The position numbers and the translations under genes were made by a program. The notes under the pieces were generated by a model. That model was not told the origin of the DNA. It worked only from the letters and a program-made list of their open reading frames with translations, and did no database searches. Positions 35,253 to 45,493 of a DNA stretch of 59,394 nucleotides are shown here, piece after piece (within the stretch, counting starts at the first letter, position 1; the number at the start of each line of letters is the position of its first letter). The DNA comes from Clostridia bacterium (GTDB taxonomy: Bacteria > Bacillota > Clostridia > Oscillospirales > CAG-272), in assembly GCA_017398585.1 (NCBI GenBank), contig JAFQFS010000087.1:1-59394 (forward strand), read 5' to 3'.

Positions 35253-37625
35253 ATGAACAGCAAAGCATTATATACCCTCGAATTCAATAAAATTCTCGAG
35301 CAGCTTGCCGAACTTGCGGAAACCGAAGGCGCTGCCGAGATGGCGCTGCGCCTGACGCCGTCCTCGGACATCGAAAAAGTCCGGAAGATGCAGCAGAGAA
35401 CCACCGACGCGAAAACGCTGGTCGGCATGAAGGGAACGCCTTCCTTCGGACGCGTCAAGGACATCCGTCCGACGATCGAACGTGCGGAGAAGGACGCGAT
35501 CCTCTCCCTGCGCGAACTTCTCGACTGTGCCGCCGTCCTCCGCACCGCGCGCAGCCTGGTGGACTATGTCAAGGGCGAACGCACCCCTGAAACCACCCTC
35601 GCCGAAATTTTCGACCGTCTTCAGCCCAACCGTCACCTTGAAGAAAAGATCAGCCGTTCCATCATCGCGGACGACTTTGTGGCGGATGAAGCAAGCCCGG
35701 AACTCGGTGAGATCCGCCGCAAGATCCGCCAGACCAACAGCAAAATCAAGGACATGCTCCAGAAGTACGTTTCCGGACAGTCCAAATATCTGCAGGAAAA
35801 CATCGTCACCACCCGCGGCGGACGTTTCGTTATCCCCGTCAAGGCGGAATACCGCAGTGAGGTCAAGGGTCTGATCCACGACACCTCCCAGTCCGGCGCG
35901 ACTCTCTTCATCGAACCGATGAACGTCGTCGAAGCGAACAACGAACTCCGCGAACTTGAAAGCAAGGAAACCCACGAGATCGAACGCATCCTCCGCGACC
36001 TCTCCGCAGGCGTTGCCGTTTCCGGAAACGCGATCATCCTCAACTACCTCAACATCACGGAACTCGCGTTCATTTTTGCGTGTGCGTCGCTGTCCTACAA
36101 GATGGACGCCTCCCCCGCTCAGATTTCCGAGAAAAAGAAAATCGAGCTGTACCGCGCCCGCCATCCTCTCCTTGACCCGAAAACGGTCGTTCCGATCACG
36201 GTTTCCCTCGGACGTGATTATCAGATGCTCGTTATCACCGGCCCGAACACCGGCGGTAAAACCGTTACCCTGAAGACCCTCGGTCTGCTGACGCTCATGA
36301 CGCAGGCGGGGCTTCATATCCCCGCGGAAGATACCTCCTCCGTCGGCGTGTTCGACGAAGTGTTCTCCGACATCGGCGACGAACAGAGCATCGAGCAGTC
36401 CCTCTCCACGTTCTCGTCCCACATGAAGGGCATCGTTTCCATCATTGATAATATGACCGAGGATTCCCTCGTCCTCTTCGATGAACTCGGTTCCGGTACC
36501 GACCCGGTCGAAGGTGCCGCAATTGCGATGGCGATCCTCGAAGAGACCCGCATCACCGGAACTCTCTGCGCGGCGACCACCCACTACGCCGAACTCAAAG
36601 CCTACGCTCTCGAGACCGAAAAGGTCACCAACGCATCCTGCGAATTCGACGTCGCGACTCTCCGTCCGACCTACCGTCTGATCGTCGGTACTCCAGGTAA
36701 GTCCAACGCGTTCGCCATTGCGGAAAAGCTCGGATTGTCCCCGGTCATCGTCAAGCGTGCCGGACAGTTCGTCGACACCGGCTCCCGCAATTTTGAAGCA
36801 GTCCTCGAAAAGCTCGAACGTACGAGAAGTGAACTGGAAGCCGAAAAAGCCGCCGCCGAAAAGGCGTCCCGCGAATTCGAAGAATACCGCAAAAAGGCAG
36901 AAGCGGAACTCGCAAAGAAGCTCGCCGGAGCGGAAAAGGAAGCCGAGAACATGCGCAAGAAAGCGGAAGAACTCCTTTCCGGTGCACGTGCAACAAGCGA
37001 TTACGTCTTCTCCCAGCTTGAAGAAGTCAAGAAGCAGCGCGAATCCGAACGCCTCGGCGAAAAGCTCGCGGAAGCGAAGAAGTCCGTCCGTCAGAAAGTA
37101 CGCGATTACGAAAATACCAGCAATCCCGTGACGAGTGCTCCCGTGGACGAAGACTATGTCCTCCCGCGCGATCTGGTCAAGGGCGACCGCGTTGTCCACC
37201 GTACCCTCGGCACGCAGGGAACCCTTCTTGACAATCCCGACAAGAGCGGAAACGTCAATGTGAGCATGGGTGCGATCAAGATGCGTATCTCCGTCAAGGA
37301 TCTGAAGCTCATCGAAGGCGCGGAAAGCGAAGCAAAGGCGGCAGCTCGCCGTCAGTCCAACATCCGTACCGCCGTCACGAGAAACTTCAAGCCCGAATGC
37401 GACGTCCGCGGCATGATCGGCGACGAAGCATGGTTTGTGGTCGACCGCTATCTCGACGACGCCATCGTTGCCGGAATCAAGAGCGTGACCATCATCCACG
37501 GCAAGGGAACCGGTGCGCTCCGCAATGCTCTCTGGAACAGATTCAAGAGCGACAGCCGCGTGAAATCCTACCGCCCCGGTCAGTACGGCGAAGGCGATTA
37601 CGGTGTTACAGTGGTAGAAATGTAA
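35253..37625 (+). CDS. mutS2: Endonuclease MutS2
   Basis: TGPNTGGKT, IGDEQSIEQSLSTFS, DELGSGTDP, coiled coil, Smr domain IIHGKGTGALR. Confidence 0.96.
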   Translation: MNSKALYTLEFNKILEQLAELAETEGAAEMALRLTPSSDIEKVRKMQQRTTDAKTLVGMKGTPSFGRVKDIRPTIERAEKDAILSLRELLDCAAVLRTARSLVDYVKGERTPETTLAEIFDRLQPNRHLEEKISRSIIADDFVADEASPELGEIRRKIRQTNSKIKDMLQKYVSGQSKYLQENIVTTRGGRFVIPVKAEYRSEVKGLIHDTSQSGATLFIEPMNVVEANNELRELESKETHEIERILRDLSAGVAVSGNAIILNYLNITELAFIFACASLSYKMDASPAQISEKKKIELYRARHPLLDPKTVVPITVSLGRDYQMLVITGPNTGGKTVTLKTLGLLTLMTQAGLHIPAEDTSSVGVFDEVFSDIGDEQSIEQSLSTFSSHMKGIVSIIDNMTEDSLVLFDELGSGTDPVEGAAIAMAILEETRITGTLCAATTHYAELKAYALETEKVTNASCEFDVATLRPTYRLIVGTPGKSNAFAIAEKLGLSPVIVKRAGQFVDTGSRNFEAVLEKLERTRSELEAEKAAAEKASREFEEYRKKAEAELAKKLAGAEKEAENMRKKAEELLSGARATSDYVFSQLEEVKKQRESERLGEKLAEAKKSVRQKVRDYENTSNPVTSAPVDEDYVLPRDLVKGDRVVHRTLGTQGTLLDNPDKSGNVNVSMGAIKMRISVKDLKLIEGAESEAKAAARRQSNIRTAVTRNFKPECDVRGMIGDEAWFVVDRYLDDAIVAGIKSVTIIHGKGTGALRNALWNRFKSDSRVKSYRPGQYGEGDYGVTVVEM

Positions 37626-37718
37626 GGCGTTTCCCGGAATACGGAGAAAAAAAGCGCGCTTTTTGATAAATTTTGCTTGCGAAATTTTTAAAAGTAAATA
37701 AAATTCATTCGTATTCCA

Positions 37719-37747
37719 TTGAAAAAAGCACAGGGAAATGTTATAAT
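37719..37747 (+). promoter_or_regulatory. Sigma-A promoter
   Basis: TTGAAA-17 bp-TATAAT with TG. Confidence 0.7.
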
Positions 37748-37790
37748 AATACAGAAAATTTTTATATCCGTGAAACCATTGGAGGCAACT

Positions 37791-38648
37791 ATGGTAAAAT
37801 ACAGATTCAGCGCATTTGCCGATGAATATTCTTCGGTGTTCGATGAACAGATCGAAGGGCTGATCGCAAACAAAGTGAGAATGATCGAACTTCGCGGTGT
37901 CGACGGAATCAACGTATCCGATCTCACCCCGATTCAGGCGGCGGACGTTCACAAGAAGCTTGAATCGGCAGGCATCGCCGTATCCGCAGTCGGTTCTCCG
38001 CTCGGTAAGATCAAGATCACCGATTCCATGGAAGAACACATCGAAAAGGTCAAGAATACCTGTGAAATCGCCGGTATTCTCCAGACTCCCAGAATCCGTA
38101 TGTTCTCCTTCTACATTCCGGACGGAAAGTACGACGAATACCGCAATGAAGTGATCGAACGTCTCGGCATCATGCTTGATATCGCAGACGAATACGGTGT
38201 CAAGATGTGCCACGAAAACGAACGAGGCATCTACGGTGATAACGCGGACCGCTGCCTCGAACTCCTGAAGGAATTCGACGGTCGTCTCGGCTGCGTGTTC
38301 GATCCCGCCAACTTCATCATCTGCGGCGTCGAACCCTTCCCGTACGCATATGAACTTCTGAAGACCCATATCACCTACATGCACATCAAGGATGCACTCC
38401 GCAACGGTACGATCGTTCCGGCAGGCCAGGGCATCGGCGGCATTCCGGAAATCCTTGCGGTCATCAATAGAGTACACACCGGCGATTTCATCCTCACCGT
38501 TGAACCGCATCTCCGCGTATTCGCAGGCCTTGACAAGCTCGGCAATGACACCAAGGTCGCAAACACGTACGCAACTTCGGCAGAGGCATTCGCCGCAGCA
38601 ATCACAAACCTTCGTTACTGCATCCCGAGAACCGCAGAACAGGGTTAA
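37791..38648 (+). CDS. Sugar phosphate isomerase/epimerase (xylose isomerase-like TIM barrel)
   Basis: SAFADE, HENE, FDPANF, HIKD, EPH; ATG 37791 after GGAGG. Confidence 0.88.
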   Translation: MVKYRFSAFADEYSSVFDEQIEGLIANKVRMIELRGVDGINVSDLTPIQAADVHKKLESAGIAVSAVGSPLGKIKITDSMEEHIEKVKNTCEIAGILQTPRIRMFSFYIPDGKYDEYRNEVIERLGIMLDIADEYGVKMCHENERGIYGDNADRCLELLKEFDGRLGCVFDPANFIICGVEPFPYAYELLKTHITYMHIKDALRNGTIVPAGQGIGGIPEILAVINRVHTGDFILTVEPHLRVFAGLDKLGNDTKVANTYATSAEAFAAAITNLRYCIPRTAEQG

Positions 38649-38665
38649 TTGTTGTGTTTTTTTAC

Positions 38666-38929
38666 GGGGGAGAAACTTTTTGAAAAAATGTTCCCCTGAG
38701 ACTTGCCTTGCAAGTCTCGATCGAACCCCTTCTCAAAAACTTTTCAACGAATGGACAGACAAAGCCGGGTGCAGATTCAGAATACCAAACCGGCTGCACT
38801 GCCAACAGAATTTTGTGACTTCAATTCTGCACATATCTTGTCCATCTGTTCAGTATAAAGTTTTTTGAAATGGGGTTACAAGTTGCCGAGACAACTTGGG
38901 GAAAACTTTTTTTCAAAAAAGTTTTCCCC
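38666..38929. repeat. Inverted doublet of the palindromic repeat (units 8 and 9), REPIN/MITE-like
   Basis: Hairpins at 38666-38696 (imperfect) and 38898-38929; both with linker hairpins; inner GTGCAGA 38769-38775 and TCTGCAC 38826-38832. Confidence 0.85.
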
Positions 38930-38965
38930 GAGAACTCCACCTATTCAAGAAAGGACTTGATACTT

Positions 38966-40447
38966 ATGGCTCACAAGAAAATGCTCGCCATCGACCTCGG
39001 TGCCTCCAGCGGACGCGGCATCATCGGTAAGTTCGACGGCGAAAAGATCACTCTGGAAGAAATCCACCGCTTCTCCAACGACCCCGTTATGCTCCCCACC
39101 GGTTTCTACTGGGATACCCTCCGTATCCTGTTTGAAATCAAGACGGCCATCCTGAACGCATCGCACGCAGGCGGCGTGGATACGATCGGTATCGACACCT
39201 GGGGCGTTGACTACGGCTACCTCGACAAGAACGGCGCGCTTCTCTCCAACCCCTACAACTACCGCGATGTCCGTACCGAAGGCATCCAGGACTACGTCTT
39301 TGAAAAGTATGCTCCTCTCAGCGAAATCTACGGCGTAACCGGCATCCAGTCCCTCAACCTCAACTCCATCTACCAGATCGCGGCAGACCTCCGCGACCAT
39401 CCGTGGGTTGTCGAAAATGCGGAAACCATGCTGTTCATGCCCGACCTTCTCGGCTACATGCTGACCGGCGAAAAGAAGACCGAATATACCATCGCCTCCA
39501 CCGGCGCGGTTCTCGACGCGGAAAAGAGAGACTATGCGAAGGATCTCCTTGCAAAGTTCGGCTTCCCGGAAAAGCTCCTCTGCGAAGTGGTTGAACCCGG
39601 CACCGAACTCGGCGCGCTTCTCCCCGCAATCGAAGAAGAAACCGGCAATACCGGCGCAAAGGTGATCAAGGTCGCTTCCCACGATACCGCAAGTGCAGTT
39701 CTTGCAGTACCGGCAGAAGACGAAGACTTCCTCTACATCTCCAGCGGTACATGGTCGCTGATGGGCATCGAATCCAAGACTCCCGTCATCAACGAACTCT
39801 CCGCAAAGTACAACTTCACCAACGAAGGCGGCGTATTCGGTACCATCCGCATCCTCAAGAACATCATGGGTCTCTGGATCGAACAGGAATCCAGACGTCA
39901 GTGGACCCGTGAAGGCACCAAGTACAGCTTCGACGAACTGTCCGAAATGGCACTCGCGTCCAAGCCGTTCCAGTGCTTCATCGACCCGGACGATCAGCTT
40001 TTCGCAACCGCAGGCAACATGCCCAGACGTATCCGCGAATACTGCGAAAAGACCGGTCAGTACGTTCCCCAGACCGTGGGCGAAATCGTACGCTGCATCT
40101 TCGAATCTCTCTCCCTCCGCTACCGCTGGACGGCAGAAAAGCTTGAAGAACTCACCGGCAGAAAATACCCCGTCATCAACATCGTAGGCGGCGGTACCAA
40201 GGAAGAAATGCTGTCCCAGTTCACCGCGGACGCATCTCACCGCAAGGTATGCGCAGGTCCCGTGGAAGCAACCGCGCTCGGCAACATCGCAATGCAGTGC
40301 ATCGCATCCGGCGAGATCAAGGATATGTGGGAAGCACGCCGCATTATCCGCAATTCCACCGACATCAAGGAATACGAACCCGATATGGAAAGCGCAGCCG
40401 CATGGGACGAAGCATACGCGCGTTTCCTCAAGATCATCGGCGAATAA
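38966..40447 (+). CDS. rhaB: Rhamnulokinase
   Basis: AIDLGASSGR, IDTWGVDY, HDTASA, SSGTWSL, TNEGG; ATG 38966; adjacent to rhaA. Confidence 0.9.
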   Translation: MAHKKMLAIDLGASSGRGIIGKFDGEKITLEEIHRFSNDPVMLPTGFYWDTLRILFEIKTAILNASHAGGVDTIGIDTWGVDYGYLDKNGALLSNPYNYRDVRTEGIQDYVFEKYAPLSEIYGVTGIQSLNLNSIYQIAADLRDHPWVVENAETMLFMPDLLGYMLTGEKKTEYTIASTGAVLDAEKRDYAKDLLAKFGFPEKLLCEVVEPGTELGALLPAIEEETGNTGAKVIKVASHDTASAVLAVPAEDEDFLYISSGTWSLMGIESKTPVINELSAKYNFTNEGGVFGTIRILKNIMGLWIEQESRRQWTREGTKYSFDELSEMALASKPFQCFIDPDDQLFATAGNMPRRIREYCEKTGQYVPQTVGEIVRCIFESLSLRYRWTAEKLEELTGRKYPVINIVGGGTKEEMLSQFTADASHRKVCAGPVEATALGNIAMQCIASGEIKDMWEARRIIRNSTDIKEYEPDMESAAAWDEAYARFLKIIGE

Positions 40448-40491
40448 GACGTTTCAAAACCATCTGATATACATAAAAGGAGAACAGAATT

Positions 40492-41745
40492 ATGAGCACT
40501 CAGAAGGCACTCGAATGTGCAAGAGAAATTTACGCAAAGTACGGCGTAGACGTAGATGCTGCAATGAAGTCCGTTGCGGAAACTCCCGTATCCATCCACT
40601 GCTGGCAGGGTGACGACGTTGCCGGTTTCGAGAATCCGGACGGCGACCTCACCGGCGGTATCCAGTCCACCGGTAACTACCCGGGCAAGGCACGTACCCT
40701 CGACGAACTCCGTGCAGACTTTGAATTTGCCGCAAAGTTCATCCCCGGCAAGAAGAAGCTCGCTCTTCACGCGATCTATCTCGATGCAGCAGGCAAGAAG
40801 GTAGAAAGAAACGAAATCGGTCCGGAACACTTCACTTCCTGGGTACAGTGGGCGAAGGAAAAGGGCTTCGGTCTCGACTATAACCCCACCTTCTTCTCCC
40901 ATCCGCTGTCCGCAGACGGTCTCACCCTGTCCCACAGCGACCCCGCGATCCGTAAGTACTGGATCGAACACGGTATCAACTCCCGTCACGTTGCCGAATA
41001 CTTCGGCCGTGAACTCGGTCAGACCGCGATGAACAACTTCTGGGTTCCGGACGGATTCAAGGATACTCCCGTAAACCGTGCGCTCACCAGATCCTACCTC
41101 GCTGACTCCTACGATCAGATCTTCGCAGAAAAGCTCAACGAAGAATATACCCAGGAAGCGGTTGAAAGCAAGGTATTCGGTATCGGCGCCGAAAGCTGCA
41201 CCATCGGTTCTCACGAATTCTACATGGGCTGCGCAATGAAGCACGATAAGCTCCTCACCCTCGATACCGGTCACTATCATCCGACCGAACTCGTTTCCGA
41301 CAAGATCTCCGGCGTTCTCACCTACCTCAAGGCCGTTATGCTCCATGTGTCCCGCCCCGTTCGCTGGGACAGTGACCACGTAGTCATCTTCGACGACGAA
41401 CTCCGTGCAATCGCTACCGAAATCAAGCGCGGCGGCTTCGAAAAGAGAGTCAACATCGGTCTCGACTTCTTCGATGGCTCCATCAACCGTATCGCATGCT
41501 GGGCAATCGGCTCCAGAAACATGCAGAAGGCTCTTCTCTGGGCAGCTCTCGAACCGGTTGCAATGCTCCAGAAGTTCGAAGCGGAAGGCGACTACACCTC
41601 CCGTCTCGCATATCTTGAAGAAATCAAGACCCTCCCGTTCGGCGCAGTCTGGAACGCATACTGCGAAGCTCAGAACGTATCCGTTGGTGACAGCTGGATC
41701 GCTGAAATGAAGAAGTACGAAAGAGAAGTATTATCTGCTCGATAA
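40492..41745 (+). CDS. rhaA: L-rhamnose isomerase
   Basis: SIHCWQGDDV, ESKVFGIG, DTGHYHPTE, HVSRPVRWDSDHV. Confidence 0.96.
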   Translation: MSTQKALECAREIYAKYGVDVDAAMKSVAETPVSIHCWQGDDVAGFENPDGDLTGGIQSTGNYPGKARTLDELRADFEFAAKFIPGKKKLALHAIYLDAAGKKVERNEIGPEHFTSWVQWAKEKGFGLDYNPTFFSHPLSADGLTLSHSDPAIRKYWIEHGINSRHVAEYFGRELGQTAMNNFWVPDGFKDTPVNRALTRSYLADSYDQIFAEKLNEEYTQEAVESKVFGIGAESCTIGSHEFYMGCAMKHDKLLTLDTGHYHPTELVSDKISGVLTYLKAVMLHVSRPVRWDSDHVVIFDDELRAIATEIKRGGFEKRVNIGLDFFDGSINRIACWAIGSRNMQKALLWAALEPVAMLQKFEAEGDYTSRLAYLEEIKTLPFGAVWNAYCEAQNVSVGDSWIAEMKKYEREVLSAR

Positions 41746-41752
41746 GAGGAAT

Positions 41753-42925
41753 ATGATTAATAATTATCGCAATTATTTTTCTAAATGTGCGGCGGCAGGG
41801 CTGTGTCTGTCCATGCTTTCCCTCACTTCCTGCGGCGTCATCGAAATGCGTGACGCCGCGGAGGAAGTGACCAGAGGGGAAGCCGATACGACCATGATGC
41901 TCGCTCCTGCCGAACGTGCAAACAATGTCGAAATCCGAACAGAAGAACAGCACCAGTTTGAAATCATAAAAAAAGAAGAAGCACCGAAAACCGTGGTCTC
42001 TCTTGCCGCAACCGGAGATGTCCGGATCGACGAAGCAATCATCGCCGATGCCGCCAACCGTGCGGCAGAGGGAAGTACATACAGTTTTCTCAAGATCTAT
42101 TCCGGCGTCTACCGTACAATCCATGATGCGGACATTGCCGTAGGGAACTACTCTGCGGCAGCCGCTCCGTACACTCCGGACGGCAGCACGGACAGAAATC
42201 AGACGACCCCGATCGAATCCCTCGCCGCTCTTGCGGAACTCGGATTTGAGGTTCTGGATACCACCGGAGCCGACCGTTCCGCGGACTATCCGCAGGATAT
42301 GTCAGAATACGGAATCGCCGACATCCATTCCGAAAAACGGACGGAAGACGGTGTGTATTTCGTTGAGAGGGAAGGAATCACGATCGCTTTTCTTGCCGCC
42401 GACGGAAGCGTCAAGAATAAGATGGTCAGCAATATTGAGTATGCGGATTCCGCTGCCGATGTTGTTGTCGTTTCTGCGGACTGGAAGTCCGGTACTTCGG
42501 ACAAGCAGAAAAAGAATCTTGCCGGAACGATGGCGAAAGCCGGAGCGGATATCATCCTCGGTTCCGGCGAAACGCTCGGCGGTGCGGAATGGCTCGATAC
42601 CGGAGACGGCAGCCCCGCACTGGCGGTATATTCCCTCGGAAATTTTGTTGCAACTGCCGAAACGGCGGAAAATCTTTGCGGCGGGATCCTGTCTCTTGAC
42701 ATTACTCTCTGCGAAGGCGAGATAACCCTCGAAAACGTATGCATTGACCCGATTATTATGCATTATAATGAAGGCAACCGGAATTATCAGATCTTCGGAC
42801 TGAACAGCTATACAGACGATATTTCCGCGATGCATGCAGTCGGAGGGCTGGATGTTGCTGTCCTTACCGATAAGGTGAGCAATCTCCTGAACGGCGGCTT
42901 CTTGCCGGCCGATTTCCTAAACTGA
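41753..42925 (+). CDS. CapA/PGA_cap-like lipoprotein with degenerate metal-binding motifs
   Basis: Lipobox LTSC; LAATGD, GADIILG, YSLGNF retained. Confidence 0.72.
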   Translation: MINNYRNYFSKCAAAGLCLSMLSLTSCGVIEMRDAAEEVTRGEADTTMMLAPAERANNVEIRTEEQHQFEIIKKEEAPKTVVSLAATGDVRIDEAIIADAANRAAEGSTYSFLKIYSGVYRTIHDADIAVGNYSAAAAPYTPDGSTDRNQTTPIESLAALAELGFEVLDTTGADRSADYPQDMSEYGIADIHSEKRTEDGVYFVEREGITIAFLAADGSVKNKMVSNIEYADSAADVVVVSADWKSGTSDKQKKNLAGTMAKAGADIILGSGETLGGAEWLDTGDGSPALAVYSLGNFVATAETAENLCGGILSLDITLCEGEITLENVCIDPIIMHYNEGNRNYQIFGLNSYTDDISAMHAVGGLDVAVLTDKVSNLLNGGFLPADFLN

Positions 42926-42940
42926 CAGGAAGACAGCGGA

Positions 42941-43759
42941 ATGATAACAATAAGAAAACGTCTTTCGCGTCTTGTGATGATGGCTCTGGTACCGCTTCTG
43001 CTGTGCCAGGCCACATCATGCGGCGTAGACGAAAAGAAAGAAGAAAACAACCCGGAAGATCAGCCGGCGGCTGCGGTTACGATTGTTCCCGCGAAGCCCG
43101 GCGTCGGTGTCGGACGAGTGATGCCGGCTGCCGAAGAACCGAATGGTATTATCATCTACATCGACCCCGGTCATGGCTTTATGGACGGCGGTACGGGAGA
43201 TGGAATTCTTGCAGACGGACTTCTGGAAAAAGATGTGAATATGGCCATTGCTCTGAAGCTCAGCGAAGATCTGGCCATGCTTGGTTATACGGCGAAGCTT
43301 ACGCATGATGGAGAAAATCTTCCTCCGGCGGCCGTGAACGATCACATTTTCAATGCGTACGAACGTGCGGATTATGCAAACAGTCTCACCATGGATTATT
43401 TTATTTCGATCCATGTGAACTCCGCCCAGAATCCCGATGCGGAAGGCTCCCGGATCTACTACTATGACAGTTCCAACAAAGTGAAAAAAGTCGGAGGAAC
43501 GGTTGCGGAGCTGATGGGCAAAGCGATTGAAAAGACTCTGCCGGACGATCCCGATCCGGTGATCGTTGACCAGTCACTTGATCCGTACAATGCCTTTATT
43601 CTGTGCAATCAGGTAAATGCCCCGTCCGCGCTGGTGGAGGTAGGCTTCTGTACCAATAAAAACGATGCGCAGAAGATGGTCAGCGAAAACTGGCAGGAAA
43701 AATTCGCCCAGTCTCTGGCGAACGGGATCGACGAATACTTTACGGAGTATGCGGAATAG
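42941..43759 (+). CDS. N-acetylmuramoyl-L-alanine amidase (Amidase_3) lipoprotein
   Basis: IDPGHG, EKDVN, SIHVNS, LVEVGF; lipobox ATSC. Confidence 0.9.
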   Translation: MITIRKRLSRLVMMALVPLLLCQATSCGVDEKKEENNPEDQPAAAVTIVPAKPGVGVGRVMPAAEEPNGIIIYIDPGHGFMDGGTGDGILADGLLEKDVNMAIALKLSEDLAMLGYTAKLTHDGENLPPAAVNDHIFNAYERADYANSLTMDYFISIHVNSAQNPDAEGSRIYYYDSSNKVKKVGGTVAELMGKAIEKTLPDDPDPVIVDQSLDPYNAFILCNQVNAPSALVEVGFCTNKNDAQKMVSENWQEKFAQSLANGIDEYFTEYAE

Positions 43760-43779
43760 AAAGGAAGCGACCATATAAC

Positions 43780-44739
43780 ATGCTTTCGAATTTGTCCTAC
43801 AGCATAAACGCGGTTCTGCCGATTTTCCTTCTTGTGGTAGTCGGAGCCGTTCTGAATAAATGGGACAAGGTGAACGCGTCGTTCACCGAGATCGCGGACT
43901 GGCTGGTGTTCAAAGTCGGTCTGCCGATCATGCTGTTTCTGGAAGTGGCGAAAAGCAGGATTTCCGACGGTCTGGATTTCCGGCTGATCGTATTTCTTGT
44001 CATCTCCGTTACCTGCTGTTTCCTGCTTGTGTCGGTTCTGGCCGCACTGCTGATGCGTGACCGGACCAAGCGGGGGGCATTCGTGCAGGGAATGTGCCGG
44101 TCGAACTTTGCGATCCTCGGCGTACCGCTGGCGGAAAACATGTTCGGAACGGCGGGGACACAGGCGATCGCGATTGTCATGCCGTTTGTCATCCTGATGT
44201 TCAATACCTATTCGGTCATTCTTCTGTCGGTCTTTTCGAACAGTGCTGCGCATAAGCTGGATAAGAAGGCGGTGCGCGGTATTCTGAAAAACATTGTGAC
44301 CAATCCGCTGATCATCGGGGTACTGCTCGGACTGCCGTTTATGCTGTTCGAGATCCCGCTCGGAACGGCGTTGAACAAGACCCTGCAGTATCTTTCCAAC
44401 CTGACCACTCCGCTGGCACTCATCAGCCTCGGTGCGAACTTCCGGATGGAAAGCCTGCGCGGACGTCTCGGATATGCGGTTACGGCGGCGGCAGGGAAGA
44501 CCATACTGCTTCCTGTACTGACCGTTACGGCTGCCGCACTGATCGGACTCCGCGGTCCTTCGCTCGGTGTTGTCCTGATCTGCTTCGGCGCACCCACAGC
44601 GGTATCCAGCTACATCATGTCGAAAAAAATGGACAATGACCATGAACTTTCGGCGCAGATTCTGCTTCTGACCACGATGATGTGCATCGTGACCATCTTT
44701 ATCGGAATCTTTATCCTGAAAACTCTGGGATTAATTTAA
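43780..44739 (+). CDS. AEC (auxin efflux carrier) family transporter
   Basis: About 10 TM; RSNFAILGVPL, NPLIIG, PLALISLG, PTAVSSY. Confidence 0.88.
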   Translation: MLSNLSYSINAVLPIFLLVVVGAVLNKWDKVNASFTEIADWLVFKVGLPIMLFLEVAKSRISDGLDFRLIVFLVISVTCCFLLVSVLAALLMRDRTKRGAFVQGMCRSNFAILGVPLAENMFGTAGTQAIAIVMPFVILMFNTYSVILLSVFSNSAAHKLDKKAVRGILKNIVTNPLIIGVLLGLPFMLFEIPLGTALNKTLQYLSNLTTPLALISLGANFRMESLRGRLGYAVTAAAGKTILLPVLTVTAAALIGLRGPSLGVVLICFGAPTAVSSYIMSKKMDNDHELSAQILLLTTMMCIVTIFIGIFILKTLGLI

Positions 44740-44753
44740 CAAATGTGGTTTCT

Positions 44754-44810
44754 CGGGGAAAACCTTTTTAAGGAAAAGGTTTTCCCCGAACCCCTTTCCA
44801 AAACCTTTTT
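44754..44810 (+). repeat. Dispersed palindromic repeat unit 10
   Basis: CGGGGAAAACCTTTT..AAAAGGTTTTCCCCG, tail CCCCTTTCCAAAACCTTT, about 15 bp after the AEC stop. Confidence 0.9.
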
Positions 44811-44841
44811 GGACTGGAACAAAAATGTGGAGGAATCTTTC

Positions 44842-45474
44842 ATGAAAAAGTACGTGAGCTTGTTTCTGATGCTGACCTGTATTTTGGGATTGATTGGCTG
44901 TGAACAGATAGAAGATATACGGCAGGGTGACAATAAAATGCAATACTTTTTCTCTGCAAAAGTGCTTGAAGTTCATGAAGAATATCTGTTGCTTGAAGTG
45001 TTTGACGTAGGAAACAGTAATCTTTCCGATGGAGCGAAAATTGAGGTTTCAACAGAGGTTGTAGCTGCAACCGGATGTTCGGCGTTTGTAGCAGGGGAAT
45101 ATGCCAGAGTGCTTATGGCATGGAATACAGGAGATAATTCGTCCGGTCGTTTAGAGGCGCTGGCAATTTACAAAATTGATGAAACGGGAATGAATATTAC
45201 CGAGTATACCGAAGAAACAGAAACCGTGCATATGCAGGGTTTGATGGTGGATGGTGTGTTTTATGAAATATTCTATGAACCGATGCCCGGAGAAGTTGAT
45301 GAAAGTGCAATCATTGGATATGTTCAATCATATACAAATACTTTTCCCGATGAAAACGGAGAAACGAATATCAGCCGTGAATTAATTGATGCTCCTTATG
45401 CCAAGGTACAGGGGGGGATTGCCGTATTATATCAAAGTGAATGGCATTTATGTACACCGGAAACTATGGATTAA
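44842..45474 (+). CDS. Hypothetical lipoprotein (AT-rich gene)
   Basis: ATG 44842 after GGAGG; lipobox LIGC; visibly more A/T-ending codons than neighbours. Confidence 0.75.
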   Translation: MKKYVSLFLMLTCILGLIGCEQIEDIRQGDNKMQYFFSAKVLEVHEEYLLLEVFDVGNSNLSDGAKIEVSTEVVAATGCSAFVAGEYARVLMAWNTGDNSSGRLEALAIYKIDETGMNITEYTEETETVHMQGLMVDGVFYEIFYEPMPGEVDESAIIGYVQSYTNTFPDENGETNISRELIDAPYAKVQGGIAVLYQSEWHLCTPETMD

Positions 45475-45493
45475 AGGGATTTATAAATATCGG

